Below the pieces are notes generated by a model that made no database searches, had not been told where the DNA came from, and saw nothing but the letters and a program-made list of their open reading frames with translations. Source: Bacillota bacterium (GTDB taxonomy: Bacteria > Bacillota > Clostridia > Christensenellales > CAG-917). Taken from it: a stretch of 64,000 nt of DNA. This document shows, piece by piece, positions 1-9,844 of this stretch (positions are counted from its first letter, which is position 1; every line of letters begins with the position of its first letter). The position numbers were made by a program, and so were the translations under genes. The stretch spans positions 5,051-69,050 of the forward strand of contig JAMPEA010000002.1 in assembly GCA_023665365.1 (NCBI GenBank), given 5' to 3'.

Positions 1-32
1 CGATATAGTTAGGTGTGTTTAAGGAGGTATAT

Positions 33-299
33 ATGGCTAAGGTATCCACCAATATCACTATCGACGCGGATGTAAAAAAGCAAGCGCAAGCTCTGTTTGC
101 GGATTTGGGTATGGATTTGTCCACCGCTATCAACGTATACTTGAAGAAAGCCGTTGCGGAGCAGGGTATCCCGTTTGAGGTTACGCGCGAAGTGCCTAAC
201 AGAGTTACGGCAAGAGCTATTGCCGACGCGGAAAAATCAAAAGACGTGTACGGACCTTTTGACAGTGTGGACGAACTTATGGAGGCATTAAATGCTTAA
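33..299 (+). CDS. dinJ: RelB/DinJ-family type II antitoxin
   Basis: ATG 33 with GGAGG at 23-27. RHH-type N-terminus 'STNITIDADVKKQAQALFADLGMDLSTAINVYLKK'. 8-nt overlap with the downstream toxin gene. Confidence 0.85.
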   Translation: MAKVSTNITIDADVKKQAQALFADLGMDLSTAINVYLKKAVAEQGIPFEVTREVPNRVTARAIADAEKSKDVYGPFDSVDELMEALNA

Positions 300-573
300 A
301 ATCGAATATCAAGGTCAGTTCAAAAAGGATTTTAAGTTGGCAGTCAAAAGGGGTTGCGACATTGCCGAGTTGCAAAAGGTGATAACGTTGCTTGCAAACG
401 AACAGCCGTTGCCCGAAAGATACCGCGACCACGCTTTGATGAATACGAAAGATTATAAAGACGTGCGGGAATGTCATATACAACCCGATTGGCTATTGAT
501 ATATAAAGTAGTCGATGAAAATCTAATCCTAAAACTTATAAGGACAGGCACACATTCCGATTTATTTAAATAA
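292..573 (+). CDS. yafQ: YafQ-family type II toxin (mRNA interferase)
   Basis: 93 aa, collinear with E. coli YafQ ('YRDHAL', 'HIQPDWLLIYKV', 'RTGTHSDLF'). Start overlaps the antitoxin stop. Confidence 0.85.
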   Translation: MLKIEYQGQFKKDFKLAVKRGCDIAELQKVITLLANEQPLPERYRDHALMNTKDYKDVRECHIQPDWLLIYKVVDENLILKLIRTGTHSDLFK

Positions 574-670
574 TCGACGCGTTTTGCAATGAAAATCGGG
601 ATAACTTTATTGTAACGCCCATATAGAATAATGGGTTAGGGTGATATGAGGAGTTTTCGGGCAAGGGGAC

Positions 671-1267
671 TTATAGCGTTACTCCGAAATAGTCCAACAA
701 TCCGTAGCACAGTACGCCCAGCGCCGCGGACAAAATCACAATCAAAATGGGCTTCATCTTTTTGCCCTTTATCTTTATAAACGACACGGGCAGTATCACC
801 GCAAATAAGCCGATGCCTACGTAGTCCACGCTTACCGCGCCTACGTTATATATGCTCGTTATGCCGAAAAGCATCGTCAGCAAAAGCGTGATGAATACCG
901 ACGTCAAGAGCCCCGTAACCGTGGAGCGCACGCCTACGAACACTTCGCTCACGGCTTTGCGCTTCATAAAATTTGAAAGCAGTTTGGCGACAATCGTGAT
1001 GATTATCACCGAGGGCAAAACCACGCCGAGCGTAGCGCAAATCGCGCCGAATATGTCCGCGGTTTCTATGCCGGTATACGTCGCTATGTTGACGGCAAAG
1101 GGTCCCGGAGTGCTTTCGGATATGGCGATAAAGTCGATGAGCGACTCCTGCGCGAGCCAGCCTTTATCCACGACGTTCGTCATAATCATGGGTATCATCG
1201 CCTGTCCGCCGCCTATCGTAAACAGCCCGATTTTGAAGAACGTCCAAAAGAGGTCGAGGTAAATCAT
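671..1267 (-). CDS. chrA: chromate transporter (CHR family), second half of a split pair
   Basis: Polytopic 198 aa with 'FKIGLFTIGGGQAMIPMI'. 4-nt overlap with the upstream paralogue. Confidence 0.8.
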   Translation of the reverse strand: MIYLDLFWTFFKIGLFTIGGGQAMIPMIMTNVVDKGWLAQESLIDFIAISESTPGPFAVNIATYTGIETADIFGAICATLGVVLPSVIIITIVAKLLSNFMKRKAVSEVFVGVRSTVTGLLTSVFITLLLTMLFGITSIYNVGAVSVDYVGIGLFAVILPVSFIKIKGKKMKPILIVILSAALGVLCYGLLDYFGVTL

Positions 1268-2013
1268 ACGCCTTCGCCTCCTTTTTTTGCAGCGGCGTTT
1301 TCGTCGGCGGACTTGATTTTGACTACGCTTCTATCCACTGCTTTTTGCGAGACGTACTCGCCGTCATCGACGGGCTTGCCCACGCGCTCGTTGTAGTATT
1401 CGGGCGTGCCGACCGTGTGACAGCGGCGGTTTGCGATATACGTCCTAACGGCGACCGCGACAGAGCAGACGAGTATCGTGCCCAGTATCACGTAAATAAC
1501 GTCTACCTTGAAAAAGAATACGATGACGAAAGATATAAGCATAATCGCAAACGAGAACAGCGTCTTTTTCATATCCTTGAAAAACGACAGCACGGCTTTT
1601 GCGATGAGCGCCAATACGCCTATGCGAATGCCTTTAAAGAGAAATCCAACCCACTTGTTGTCCTTGACGAGATTTAAAATATACGATAGCGCGACGATGA
1701 TGATAAAAGAGGGCAAAACCACGCCGAGCGTGGCGCATATGCCGCCGAATACGCCGAGCCGCTTAGTGCCGATAAAAGTAGCCGTGTTTACGGCGATAGG
1801 TCCCGGAGTGCTTTCGGCGATTGCGAATATGTCGCCGAGTTCGTTTTTCGTAATCCATTTATGCTTGTCTACGACTTCCGCCTCGATAAGCGTAAGCATC
1901 GCGTATCCGCCCCCGAACGAAAATAAGCCTATCTTGAAAAACGCCAAAAACATGGAGAAAAGTTCTTTTATTATATGCTTCGCCGAGCGTTTTTCTTCAA
2001 ATCTTTTTCGCAT
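1264..2013 (-). CDS. chrA: chromate transporter (CHR family), first half of a split pair
   Basis: 'FKIGLFSFGGGYAMLTLI' CHR motif. Carries an extra hydrophilic ~55-aa C-terminal tail. Confidence 0.8.
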   Translation of the reverse strand: MRKRFEEKRSAKHIIKELFSMFLAFFKIGLFSFGGGYAMLTLIEAEVVDKHKWITKNELGDIFAIAESTPGPIAVNTATFIGTKRLGVFGGICATLGVVLPSFIIIVALSYILNLVKDNKWVGFLFKGIRIGVLALIAKAVLSFFKDMKKTLFSFAIMLISFVIVFFFKVDVIYVILGTILVCSVAVAVRTYIANRRCHTVGTPEYYNERVGKPVDDGEYVSQKAVDRSVVKIKSADENAAAKKGGEGV

Positions 2014-2096
2014 AGGGTTTTGACCGAATATACCTTTTAGATATATATTATATCACTATAAACCCTATTTGCAACCGTTTCCCGCGCAATTTGCGA

Positions 2097-3527
2097 TTAT
2101 ATGGGCGCGGCGTCGTTTATCCAGTCGTAAACTACGTTCGCCACGTCTAAGCCGACAGCTTTAAACGCGGATATAAGCGAATCCGCCGTAGCTATGCCGT
2201 AGGCGTTGTCCTTGCAGTAGCGACGCATAGCCGCCTCGAATTTGCTGTCGCCCGCAAGAGTGCGCAGAGTTTCAAAGAGGAGCGCACCTTTGAAATAGGT
2301 CACTGCGACGTATTCGCCGTCGGTGAGATAGGAGGACAGAGGTCGATTCATGCTCCCGTCGAAACCAACGTCGTCCTTGTGTGCGCAGAATGTCGCGTAA
2401 GCGCTTTTTATGCTCGCCATTTCCTCTATAAATTTTATTCGCTCATCGGTAAGATAGCTGTAATAATACGTGCAAAATTCGGTGAGTCCCTCGTCGAGCC
2501 AGGCGGAGTTGATTTGGTCGTTGCCGACGAGATTATACCACCACTGATGCGCGGTTTCGTGGGTCACGGTGTCGAGATAATCGTCGCGGGATTTTAGGAT
2601 GGAAACTGTCGCAAACGAGCCGTATTCCATTCCGCCCGCGTCGCTTAGATTGCTTTGCACGACTGTATACGAGGGATAAGGATAGTCGCCGAACGCCTTT
2701 GAAAAAACGCTCAACGCGGACGTTATCCTATCGAGCGTAAGGGCGGGATAGGGGTCCTCGACGTAAAAATAACGCACTGCGACCGAGCCGTCCCCGATTG
2801 CGATTTGGGTTGAGACCTCGTTGAGTTTGCCCACCGTCATTGCGAAGTCGCGGATATACTCCGCCTCTATTTCCACGGTCTTTTTTTCATTTTCGTCAAG
2901 GGAGGCGGGGTGCGTCTCGACGATTTGACCCGAACACGCCACGTCAAAATCCTTATCCAGCGTAAGGTTTACGTAAAAGGAGGATATATCGTGATAAAAC
3001 GGGTCGCCGAAAGCGTTGTAGCAATCCTCTCGATAGCCGTCCTCATACCTTGCGACGACGGGATAAAAACAGGCGAGATTATATGTATTTTTTTTGGTGA
3101 TGCCGAGCCTCGTATCCGATTTGGGAAGTTTTACGTTATATTCGAAACGTATGTTTAAACTCTGCCCCTTGCGCGCAGAATAGTCGAGTTTCAAGAGCGT
3201 GTTGTCATCGCCGTAAATTTCGCAATCGACGTTTTTTCTGTTGATTTGAGCGGATAAAACCTCTATTGCGTCCTCTTTAAAGGCGTTGGCATATACGTTA
3301 AATACTATGCCGTCTACGTTTGCGGGCGAGGTGTAAAGGACTTCTTGACTTACGTTGAGCACGTCGCCGTCAAGGTCGATGGTAAGCTCGTAGCAAGGCG
3401 AGTTCGCAAGCGGATTATCAGAGCGCTTGTTGCAGGAAAAAAGCAATATGCAACCCGCAAGCAACGCGAGCGCAGCAAGCAAAACGGCAAGAGAGCGTTT
3501 TAAAAGTTTCATAGATTTTTTTGACAT
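2097..3527 (-). CDS. M1-type zinc metallopeptidase lipoprotein
   Basis: Lipobox-like 'LLAGCILLFSC'. HEXXH 'HETAH' plus 'WLDEGLTEF' gluzincin signature. Confidence 0.75.
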   Translation of the reverse strand: MSKKSMKLLKRSLAVLLAALALLAGCILLFSCNKRSDNPLANSPCYELTIDLDGDVLNVSQEVLYTSPANVDGIVFNVYANAFKEDAIEVLSAQINRKNVDCEIYGDDNTLLKLDYSARKGQSLNIRFEYNVKLPKSDTRLGITKKNTYNLACFYPVVARYEDGYREDCYNAFGDPFYHDISSFYVNLTLDKDFDVACSGQIVETHPASLDENEKKTVEIEAEYIRDFAMTVGKLNEVSTQIAIGDGSVAVRYFYVEDPYPALTLDRITSALSVFSKAFGDYPYPSYTVVQSNLSDAGGMEYGSFATVSILKSRDDYLDTVTHETAHQWWYNLVGNDQINSAWLDEGLTEFCTYYYSYLTDERIKFIEEMASIKSAYATFCAHKDDVGFDGSMNRPLSSYLTDGEYVAVTYFKGALLFETLRTLAGDSKFEAAMRRYCKDNAYGIATADSLISAFKAVGLDVANVVYDWINDAAPI

Positions 3528-3564
3528 AATAATTTCGTTTTGCGCCTGTCTCGGTGGTATAATA

Positions 3565-4521
3565 TCAGTTTTGATTTTGCGGCTTCACGCTGTTTAGGGT
3601 AAGCTCCACGAGCTTGCCCGCCTTTCTCGCTTTATTCACGACAGTATCGGTGACTACGCTGTTTTTCCTTGCGATGAGTTCGCCCGTGTACGTGGTCAAA
3701 TCTGCGCCGAGCGTCCTGCCGAGCAAAAATTCGTAGTCGCAGATGACACGGGTAGGCGTGCGCGCATCCTCGTCGTAGGAATATGCGCTCGAACCGTCAA
3801 GCAGCATTTCAAACGCTCCGTTCGATAGCACGGGTTCTTTTTTGGACAGAGTGTGTATCTTCGTCACGGACGGCGAGGCGGCTTTGGGCGAAGCGGTTTC
3901 TTTTGAGGGTACGGATTTCTCGGCAGGCAAAGAGGGCGTTTGTTCGGTCGGCACAGTCAGCGTTGCGGGTACAGACGGAATTTGCGGATTCCCCGCAAGT
4001 ATGGATTTTTCGATTTCGAGGACTTTTTTCGTGTCGTTTAAAACGTATACGGGATAGTCTTGGTCGGGTCTGGGGATACTTACCTTTCGCGCTCTGCTTT
4101 TGGACGCGCCCTTTTGGATTATCACGTTGCCGATAGAAAGCACCGAGGCAGGCGTGAACTCGTTAGTCGCGGTTTGCAGTTTGGATACCTTTCCGTTTGA
4201 GAAGATAAAAATATCCGTTATCTTGCCCTTGTCCGCGCCGCTCGGAGTGTAGACGGGCATATCCATAAGCTCGCCGTGCAAGGTGGATATATCTACGTCG
4301 AGAGGGGATATAAATTTTACGTCGTCGGCGATGACGACGGCATCGAGTATGCTTTGTGCCTCTGCAAATTCAAGCAGATATTTTGCGGATTGAGTGTCTA
4401 TGCAAAAATACGCGGCGGTTTTTAAATATTCATCAAAATATACGTCGGTCACTTTGCCGATTATGCAAGACGTCGATATATTCAAAACGGATTTTCCTAT
4501 CAAAGCGGATAACTGTGACAT
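3565..4521 (-). CDS. PRC-barrel-like domain protein, function unknown
   Basis: RBS GGGAGGTG. N-terminal 'LIGKSVLNISTSCIIGKVTDVYFD' and a Pro/Ser-rich linker. Confidence 0.45.
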   Translation of the reverse strand: MSQLSALIGKSVLNISTSCIIGKVTDVYFDEYLKTAAYFCIDTQSAKYLLEFAEAQSILDAVVIADDVKFISPLDVDISTLHGELMDMPVYTPSGADKGKITDIFIFSNGKVSKLQTATNEFTPASVLSIGNVIIQKGASKSRARKVSIPRPDQDYPVYVLNDTKKVLEIEKSILAGNPQIPSVPATLTVPTEQTPSLPAEKSVPSKETASPKAASPSVTKIHTLSKKEPVLSNGAFEMLLDGSSAYSYDEDARTPTRVICDYEFLLGRTLGADLTTYTGELIARKNSVVTDTVVNKARKAGKLVELTLNSVKPQNQN

Positions 4522-4803
4522 AATTCACCTCCCAAAACTTTATGCCGCACGCATTGCGCTTATGACGGGGCGCAATCTTTAAAACGCGCACTTTATCTTG
4601 CAAAATGTGTCGAAAATCGGCGGTTTTTGCGTTTGAGTCATATTTCGCCGCCCAAATACGTACGTTTAAAGCGGTAGCACGAAATGACATAAAATCGCCA
4701 CTTATACACAGAGTTATCCACATTTTTGTCCGATTATGTGGATAACTTTGCTGATAACTATGCATTTTTATGCCGTCGTGCATATGGACAACAAAGTTAC
4801 AAT

Positions 4804-5523
4804 ATGCATAAATTTTCCTTTTGCGCGATTAGAATATTCAAGGTCGTTGCGACGGCGTTATCCGCCGTGTTTATCGTGTTTGCGCTGTCGTCGCCCCTTA
4901 TCGCCGCGTCGGCGATGAAAGGGGACAACCGCAAAGTCGTCGTGGTGGACGCGGGTCACGGAGGTTCGGACGGCGGCGTAATCGGCAAGCGCACGGGGGT
5001 CAAGGAGAGCGATTTGAATTTGAAAGTCGCAAAGCTGCTCGGCGAGTATCTGATAGCCGGCGGATATAAGGTGGTGTACACAAGGCAGAACGACACTATG
5101 CACACCCATCCTAACGTGCGCGACAACAAAAAAAGAGCGGATATGTTTAAGCGCGGCGACATTATAAATTCCGCAAAGCCCGACGCGATGATTAGCATAC
5201 ATATGAATTTCTACTCATCTTCGACGCGCAGGGGAGCGCAGGTGTTTTTCGACAGACGCAGCGAGGATGGGCGCGAGTTTGCAAACGTTATGCAGGACGT
5301 TATAAACGCCGAGCTTAACAGTGCGGGCGGCGGACGCAGTTATACTGCGCTCAGCGCGGAAAAATATTTGCTGTCGTGCAGTCCCTATCCGAGCATAATC
5401 GTCGAGTGCGGCTTTTTGAGCAATCCGTTTGACGAGGCAAACCTCGTTGACAAAACCTATCAGGCAAAGCTCGCCTACACGCTTTTCGTCGGCATAGACG
5501 CTTTTTTAAATAGCGTCGGATAA
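4804..5523 (+). CDS. cwlD: N-acetylmuramoyl-L-alanine amidase (Amidase_3), CwlD-like
   Basis: 'VVVVDAGHGGSDGG' and 'SIHMN', with an N-terminal TM. Size and architecture resemble CwlD. Start placed at the internal ATG 4804 and is uncertain. Confidence 0.65.
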   Translation: MHKFSFCAIRIFKVVATALSAVFIVFALSSPLIAASAMKGDNRKVVVVDAGHGGSDGGVIGKRTGVKESDLNLKVAKLLGEYLIAGGYKVVYTRQNDTMHTHPNVRDNKKRADMFKRGDIINSAKPDAMISIHMNFYSSSTRRGAQVFFDRRSEDGREFANVMQDVINAELNSAGGGRSYTALSAEKYLLSCSPYPSIIVECGFLSNPFDEANLVDKTYQAKLAYTLFVGIDAFLNSVG

Positions 5524-5683
5524 AAATTTAAAATATTGCGCGGTTTTCATTCGGTTTTAATTTTCAAACGTTATATAAATATTATAAAAAAGTATTAAGT
5601 AATAATAAAACATTTCAAAGCGTGTTGATTTGTTGAGTGAAATAGTTTATAATTTTCACAAATAAAAAGTACGCAGGGCGGCT

Positions 5684-6397
5684 ATGGCACAAAAGCTACA
5701 CGAAGGACACAGAGATCGTATGAGAGACCGCATAGAAGATTCAGGCATCGAGGACTTGCACGAGCACGAAGTTCTCGAATATTTGCTTTATTGTTGCGTC
5801 CCGAGGAAGGATACCAACGAGCTCGCGCACAGGTTGCTCGACGAGTTCGGCTCGCTGTGCGACGTGATGAACGCCAATCCTACGCATCTTGAAAAGGTAT
5901 CGGGGATGACGAGGAATGCAAGTTTGTTTTTGTCGTCGTTGCCCGAGATTTTCCGCGAGTACGTCGTATCGGCGAAGCACAAGAAACACAAGGTAGTTCT
6001 CGATTCTCCCGCAAAGACGATAGAGTATATGGGCGGCTTGTTTACGGGTTTGGACGAGGAGAGAGTTTACGCCGTCGCGCTCGACGTAAATCGCCGCGTG
6101 ATAGGCGAAAAGAAATGGACGAGCGGCAAGAGAGCGCAGGTTGACGTAACGCCCCAGCAGATATTGGATTTTGCAACCAGAACGAAAGCGATAAGCGTGT
6201 TGATTGCGCACAATCATCCGAGCGGCGGCATCACACCGTCTTATGCCGACATAGACCTCACGGAAAGGATTTGGAGTTTGCTCGAACTGACGGGATACAA
6301 GTTGGATGATCATATGATTTTCAACGACGCGGGCGAGCACTTTTCGTTTTGGCAGAGCGGCAAATTCAAAGAGTTTAAGGGCGAACCTAATTTATAG
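5684..6397 (+). CDS. radC: RadC-like JAB domain protein
   Basis: JAB/MPN motif 'AHNHPSGG' and 'DIDLT'; N-terminal HhH-like region. Confidence 0.85.
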   Translation: MAQKLHEGHRDRMRDRIEDSGIEDLHEHEVLEYLLYCCVPRKDTNELAHRLLDEFGSLCDVMNANPTHLEKVSGMTRNASLFLSSLPEIFREYVVSAKHKKHKVVLDSPAKTIEYMGGLFTGLDEERVYAVALDVNRRVIGEKKWTSGKRAQVDVTPQQILDFATRTKAISVLIAHNHPSGGITPSYADIDLTERIWSLLELTGYKLDDHMIFNDAGEHFSFWQSGKFKEFKGEPNL

Positions 6398-6421
6398 AGA
6401 TTTTATTTGAGGATTGACCAT

Positions 6422-7870
6422 ATGAGTAAGACAGTAAGAACAAGATTTGCACCGTCTCCGACGGGATTTATGCACATAGGCAACCTGCGCACGGGCTTAT
6501 ACGCGTATTTGTTTGCAAAGCATAACGGCGGCGATTTTATTTTGCGCATAGAGGATACCGACCAAGAGCGCAAGGTGGAGGGCGCTGTCGATATGATATA
6601 CCGCACGCTCGAAACGGCGGGAATAACCTACGACGAGGGTCCCGACAAGGACGCGGGTTACGGTCCTTACGTGCAGACCGAGAGAATGGGGCTTTATAAG
6701 GAGTATGCAAAGAAGCTCGTGGAGCTTGGCGGAGCGTACTACTGCTTTTGCGACAAGGAGAGGCTTGAAAGCCTCAAAGACGAAAACGGCGTACACACCT
6801 ACGACAAGCATTGCCGCAATCTGAGCAAAGAGGAGGTCGAGCGCAGACTGCGCGCGGGCGAGCCGTACGTAATCCGTCAAAAAGTGCCGGAGGACGTAGT
6901 GTCGGAGTACGATGACATGGTTTTCGGCAAAATCAGCGTAAGCTCGGCGGATATTGAGGACGGAATTCTTTTGAAATCCGACGGACTGCCCACTTACAAT
7001 TTTGCAAACGTCGTTGACGACCACCTTATGCAAATCACGCACGTGATACGCGGCACGGAGTATTTGAGTTCCACGCCAAAGTACAACCTCATCTACGACG
7101 CGTTCGGCTGGGAAAGACCCAAGTATATGCACCTGCCGCCGATTATGAAAGACGCTACGCGCAAGCTGTCCAAGCGCTTTGGAGACGCAAACTTTGAGGA
7201 TTTTATCTCGAAAGGCTATCTGCCGGAGGCTATCGTCAACTATATCGCACTGCTCGGCTGGTGCCCTAAGGACAACCGCGAGAAGATGACGATAGACGAG
7301 ATGATTGCGGCTTTCGACGTGGACGGAATTTCGCATAGCAGTTCCATATTCGACGAGGCGAAGATGCGCTGGCTCAACGGCGAGTATTTAAAGGCTATGA
7401 GCGAGGACGAGTTCTGCGCCGTCGCGCTGCCCTGGATAGAAAAGGGCATAGGGGATAATAATTACGACAAAAAAGAGATTGCAAGGCTTATGCAGACGAG
7501 AGTGGATATTTTGAGCGAAATCCCCGACAAGATTGCGTTTTTGTCGAAGTTCGGCGCGCACGACCTCGCCATGTACGAGCATAAGAAAATGAAAGTAGAT
7601 AAAGCCGTTGCGCTCGGCGCAATAGAGGCGGCGCAGGAGATTTTATCCGCCGTCGAGGATTGGAGCGAGTCGTCTATAAAGCAGGCAATCGCAGACGGCG
7701 CGGAGGCAAAGGGCATGAAGAGCGGGCAGATTATGTTCAGCATGCGCGTCGCGCTCACGGGCGAGGCAGTGACTCCGGGCGGCGCAATCGAGATGGCGGT
7801 CGTGCTCGGAAAGCAGGAGAGTTTAAATCGCCTCGAATTTTCAAAAAAGCTCCTGAAAGACGCGCAGTGA
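6422..7870 (+). CDS. gltX: glutamate--tRNA ligase
   Basis: 'PSPTGFMHIGNLR' (HIGH) and 'KLSKR' (KMSKS). ATG 6422 with a GAGGA RBS. Confidence 0.95.
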   Translation: MSKTVRTRFAPSPTGFMHIGNLRTGLYAYLFAKHNGGDFILRIEDTDQERKVEGAVDMIYRTLETAGITYDEGPDKDAGYGPYVQTERMGLYKEYAKKLVELGGAYYCFCDKERLESLKDENGVHTYDKHCRNLSKEEVERRLRAGEPYVIRQKVPEDVVSEYDDMVFGKISVSSADIEDGILLKSDGLPTYNFANVVDDHLMQITHVIRGTEYLSSTPKYNLIYDAFGWERPKYMHLPPIMKDATRKLSKRFGDANFEDFISKGYLPEAIVNYIALLGWCPKDNREKMTIDEMIAAFDVDGISHSSSIFDEAKMRWLNGEYLKAMSEDEFCAVALPWIEKGIGDNNYDKKEIARLMQTRVDILSEIPDKIAFLSKFGAHDLAMYEHKKMKVDKAVALGAIEAAQEILSAVEDWSESSIKQAIADGAEAKGMKSGQIMFSMRVALTGEAVTPGGAIEMAVVLGKQESLNRLEFSKKLLKDAQ

Positions 7871-7906
7871 CGCAAACTAATCGTTTGAAGTAAAAATAGG
7901 TTTGAA

Positions 7907-9784
7907 ATGAAAAAACTCGTATCAAAAAAATATCTGCTCATAGGCGTGCTCGTCCTCGTTATGGCGATGACGTGCCTATATTCCGCGGGGACGGCGCAGG
8001 CTTTGAGCTACGACGGCGTGGACATATCCGCGCTTTGGTACTACGGCGACGGCGGGCTTAAAATCGACAGCGCAAAATCCGTCGTGGACGGGTGGGATAA
8101 GAGCAAGCTGACAAAAAAGGTCGTTGCGGTTATCGATACGGGCATAGACTACAATCACGAGGTGTTTGACGGCGTGCTGTACACGGACGGCGACGGCAAT
8201 CCCGTGGGCTACGACGCGCGCACGGGTCGGGAGATTTCGCTTGCCGATATGAAGGACGACTCCTCCGACAAGCACGGCAACGCAATCGCGGGCGTTATTG
8301 CGATAATGATAAAGGAACTGGGGCTTGAAGATTATATCAAAATCTATCCTATAAAAGCCAACAAGACTGAGGATGACAAGCAAAACAGCTTTGACATTGC
8401 CCCCGTCATCGCGGCTATAAACAGAGCTAAGGAGATTGGCGCGGACGCGATAAATATGTCGCTCGGCGCGACGTATAAGGACAGTAACGGCACTGTAAGC
8501 GACTGGGCGACGGACAGCGACTTGAAATACGCGTTGGAAAACGCAAGTTCGGACGTTTTCATCGTCGCGGCGGCGGGGAACAACGGCAAGAGTTCGGATG
8601 CGAGCGACGATAACAAGTTTTATCCTGCCGTTCACGACGGAGTGTTCGGCGTGATGGCATACGGCAAAAACGGGCTTTACAGCAAGTCCAACTACGGCTC
8701 GGATTATGGCATAGCGGCGCCGGGAGAGGACATCTATACGGCAAAGTACGCCGAGGGTCAGCTTTACGACAACGACAAGGACGGCACTTCGCTTGCGTCT
8801 GCGACCGTCGCGTTTGCGGGAGCGTTATTGAAGCTCCGCTACGAGCAGGACGGCAAAGCCGCGCCGAATGGCAACGGGATTTCGAGGATAATGAAAAATC
8901 TCGCGGGTGCGACGGTGAAAAAGAACGGCAGAGATATAAAGTGCCTCGATTTTAATACGATTGTCACGCAAAACTTCGACGAGACGGAATTCATCTACGA
9001 CCCGCCGACGGGCATAGCGCTTTCGCACAACGGGACGTACGGCAAGAACGACGGCGAAAACGACTATACTTCCACAATCTATATGCGCGCAAACGCGGTG
9101 TCGGCGATTACGTTCCTCGCAAAGGTGAACCCCTACGGCGAGACAGACCCCGATTTGGATTTGGCAGTACAGTGGGTGCTGATAAGAGAGGACGAGACGG
9201 AGCAGACGCTCGGCAACGGATTGAAACTCGACTACACGCCTACGCTTATCGACGAAACCGTCACGGTCGCCGCGCGGCTTGAATACGGAGATAATACTTT
9301 CGAGCAGAAGCAAGCCGTCTATCTCAGTCCCGTTGCGTTTATGATAGGCGAAGTGCGCGTGACATATGCCAAAAACGCGGCGGACGACGTGGACAGCGCA
9401 CCGCCGAGCGGCGTAGTTTACACGGGTGAAACAACTCTCTTTTCGCTTACGGGCATAGAGTATATCGGCAACAAGAACAAGGGCAAAATACAGTGGTACG
9501 TTGACGGAACGCTCGCGGGCGAGGGCGCGACGTTTGAGTACAACCCCAAAAAGCTCGGCACGCACCGCATAAGCGCGAGGTTTGACGGCAGTCCCGTCCC
9601 GAGGGAGTTTATAGCAAACGTCAAGCCGTTTATCGCGCGACCGCTCGATTTGGCGATGCTGATAATAGGCTTAGGCATTTTGATAGCGGTGACAGTCGTA
9701 GCAAGCGTGATTTGCGTAAAGCGCAGACGCGTCAAAATTGCAACCGACAAAAAGACCGATATTGACGAAGCCGATGCAGAATAA
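7907..9784 (+). CDS. S8 (subtilisin-like) serine peptidase, membrane anchored
   Basis: Signal peptide. Triad motifs 'VIDTGID', 'HGNAIAG', 'GTSLASA'. C-terminal TM plus basic stop-transfer. Confidence 0.85.
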   Translation: MKKLVSKKYLLIGVLVLVMAMTCLYSAGTAQALSYDGVDISALWYYGDGGLKIDSAKSVVDGWDKSKLTKKVVAVIDTGIDYNHEVFDGVLYTDGDGNPVGYDARTGREISLADMKDDSSDKHGNAIAGVIAIMIKELGLEDYIKIYPIKANKTEDDKQNSFDIAPVIAAINRAKEIGADAINMSLGATYKDSNGTVSDWATDSDLKYALENASSDVFIVAAAGNNGKSSDASDDNKFYPAVHDGVFGVMAYGKNGLYSKSNYGSDYGIAAPGEDIYTAKYAEGQLYDNDKDGTSLASATVAFAGALLKLRYEQDGKAAPNGNGISRIMKNLAGATVKKNGRDIKCLDFNTIVTQNFDETEFIYDPPTGIALSHNGTYGKNDGENDYTSTIYMRANAVSAITFLAKVNPYGETDPDLDLAVQWVLIREDETEQTLGNGLKLDYTPTLIDETVTVAARLEYGDNTFEQKQAVYLSPVAFMIGEVRVTYAKNAADDVDSAPPSGVVYTGETTLFSLTGIEYIGNKNKGKIQWYVDGTLAGEGATFEYNPKKLGTHRISARFDGSPVPREFIANVKPFIARPLDLAMLIIGLGILIAVTVVASVICVKRRRVKIATDKKTDIDEADAE

Positions 9785-9805
9785 TTAAAACGTAACATAA
9801 AAAAA

Positions 9806-9832
9806 GACTCTCCTATTCGGAGAGCCTTTTTT
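9806..9832. terminator. bidirectional hairpin terminator between convergent genes
   Basis: Stem ctctcc/ggagag (9808-9813 / 9819-9824), flanked by an A-run and a T-run. Confidence 0.6.
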
Positions 9833-9844
9833 ATTTATTTTGGG

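Noticed and set aside
671-2013. Split chrA as a pseudogenised single gene
   Set aside because: Short-chain CHR proteins commonly occur as adjacent paralogue pairs. Both ORFs are intact and have a 4-nt overlap.
6397-6421. T-box leader upstream of gltX
   Set aside because: Only ~25 nt separate radC and gltX, which leaves no room for a T-box riboswitch.
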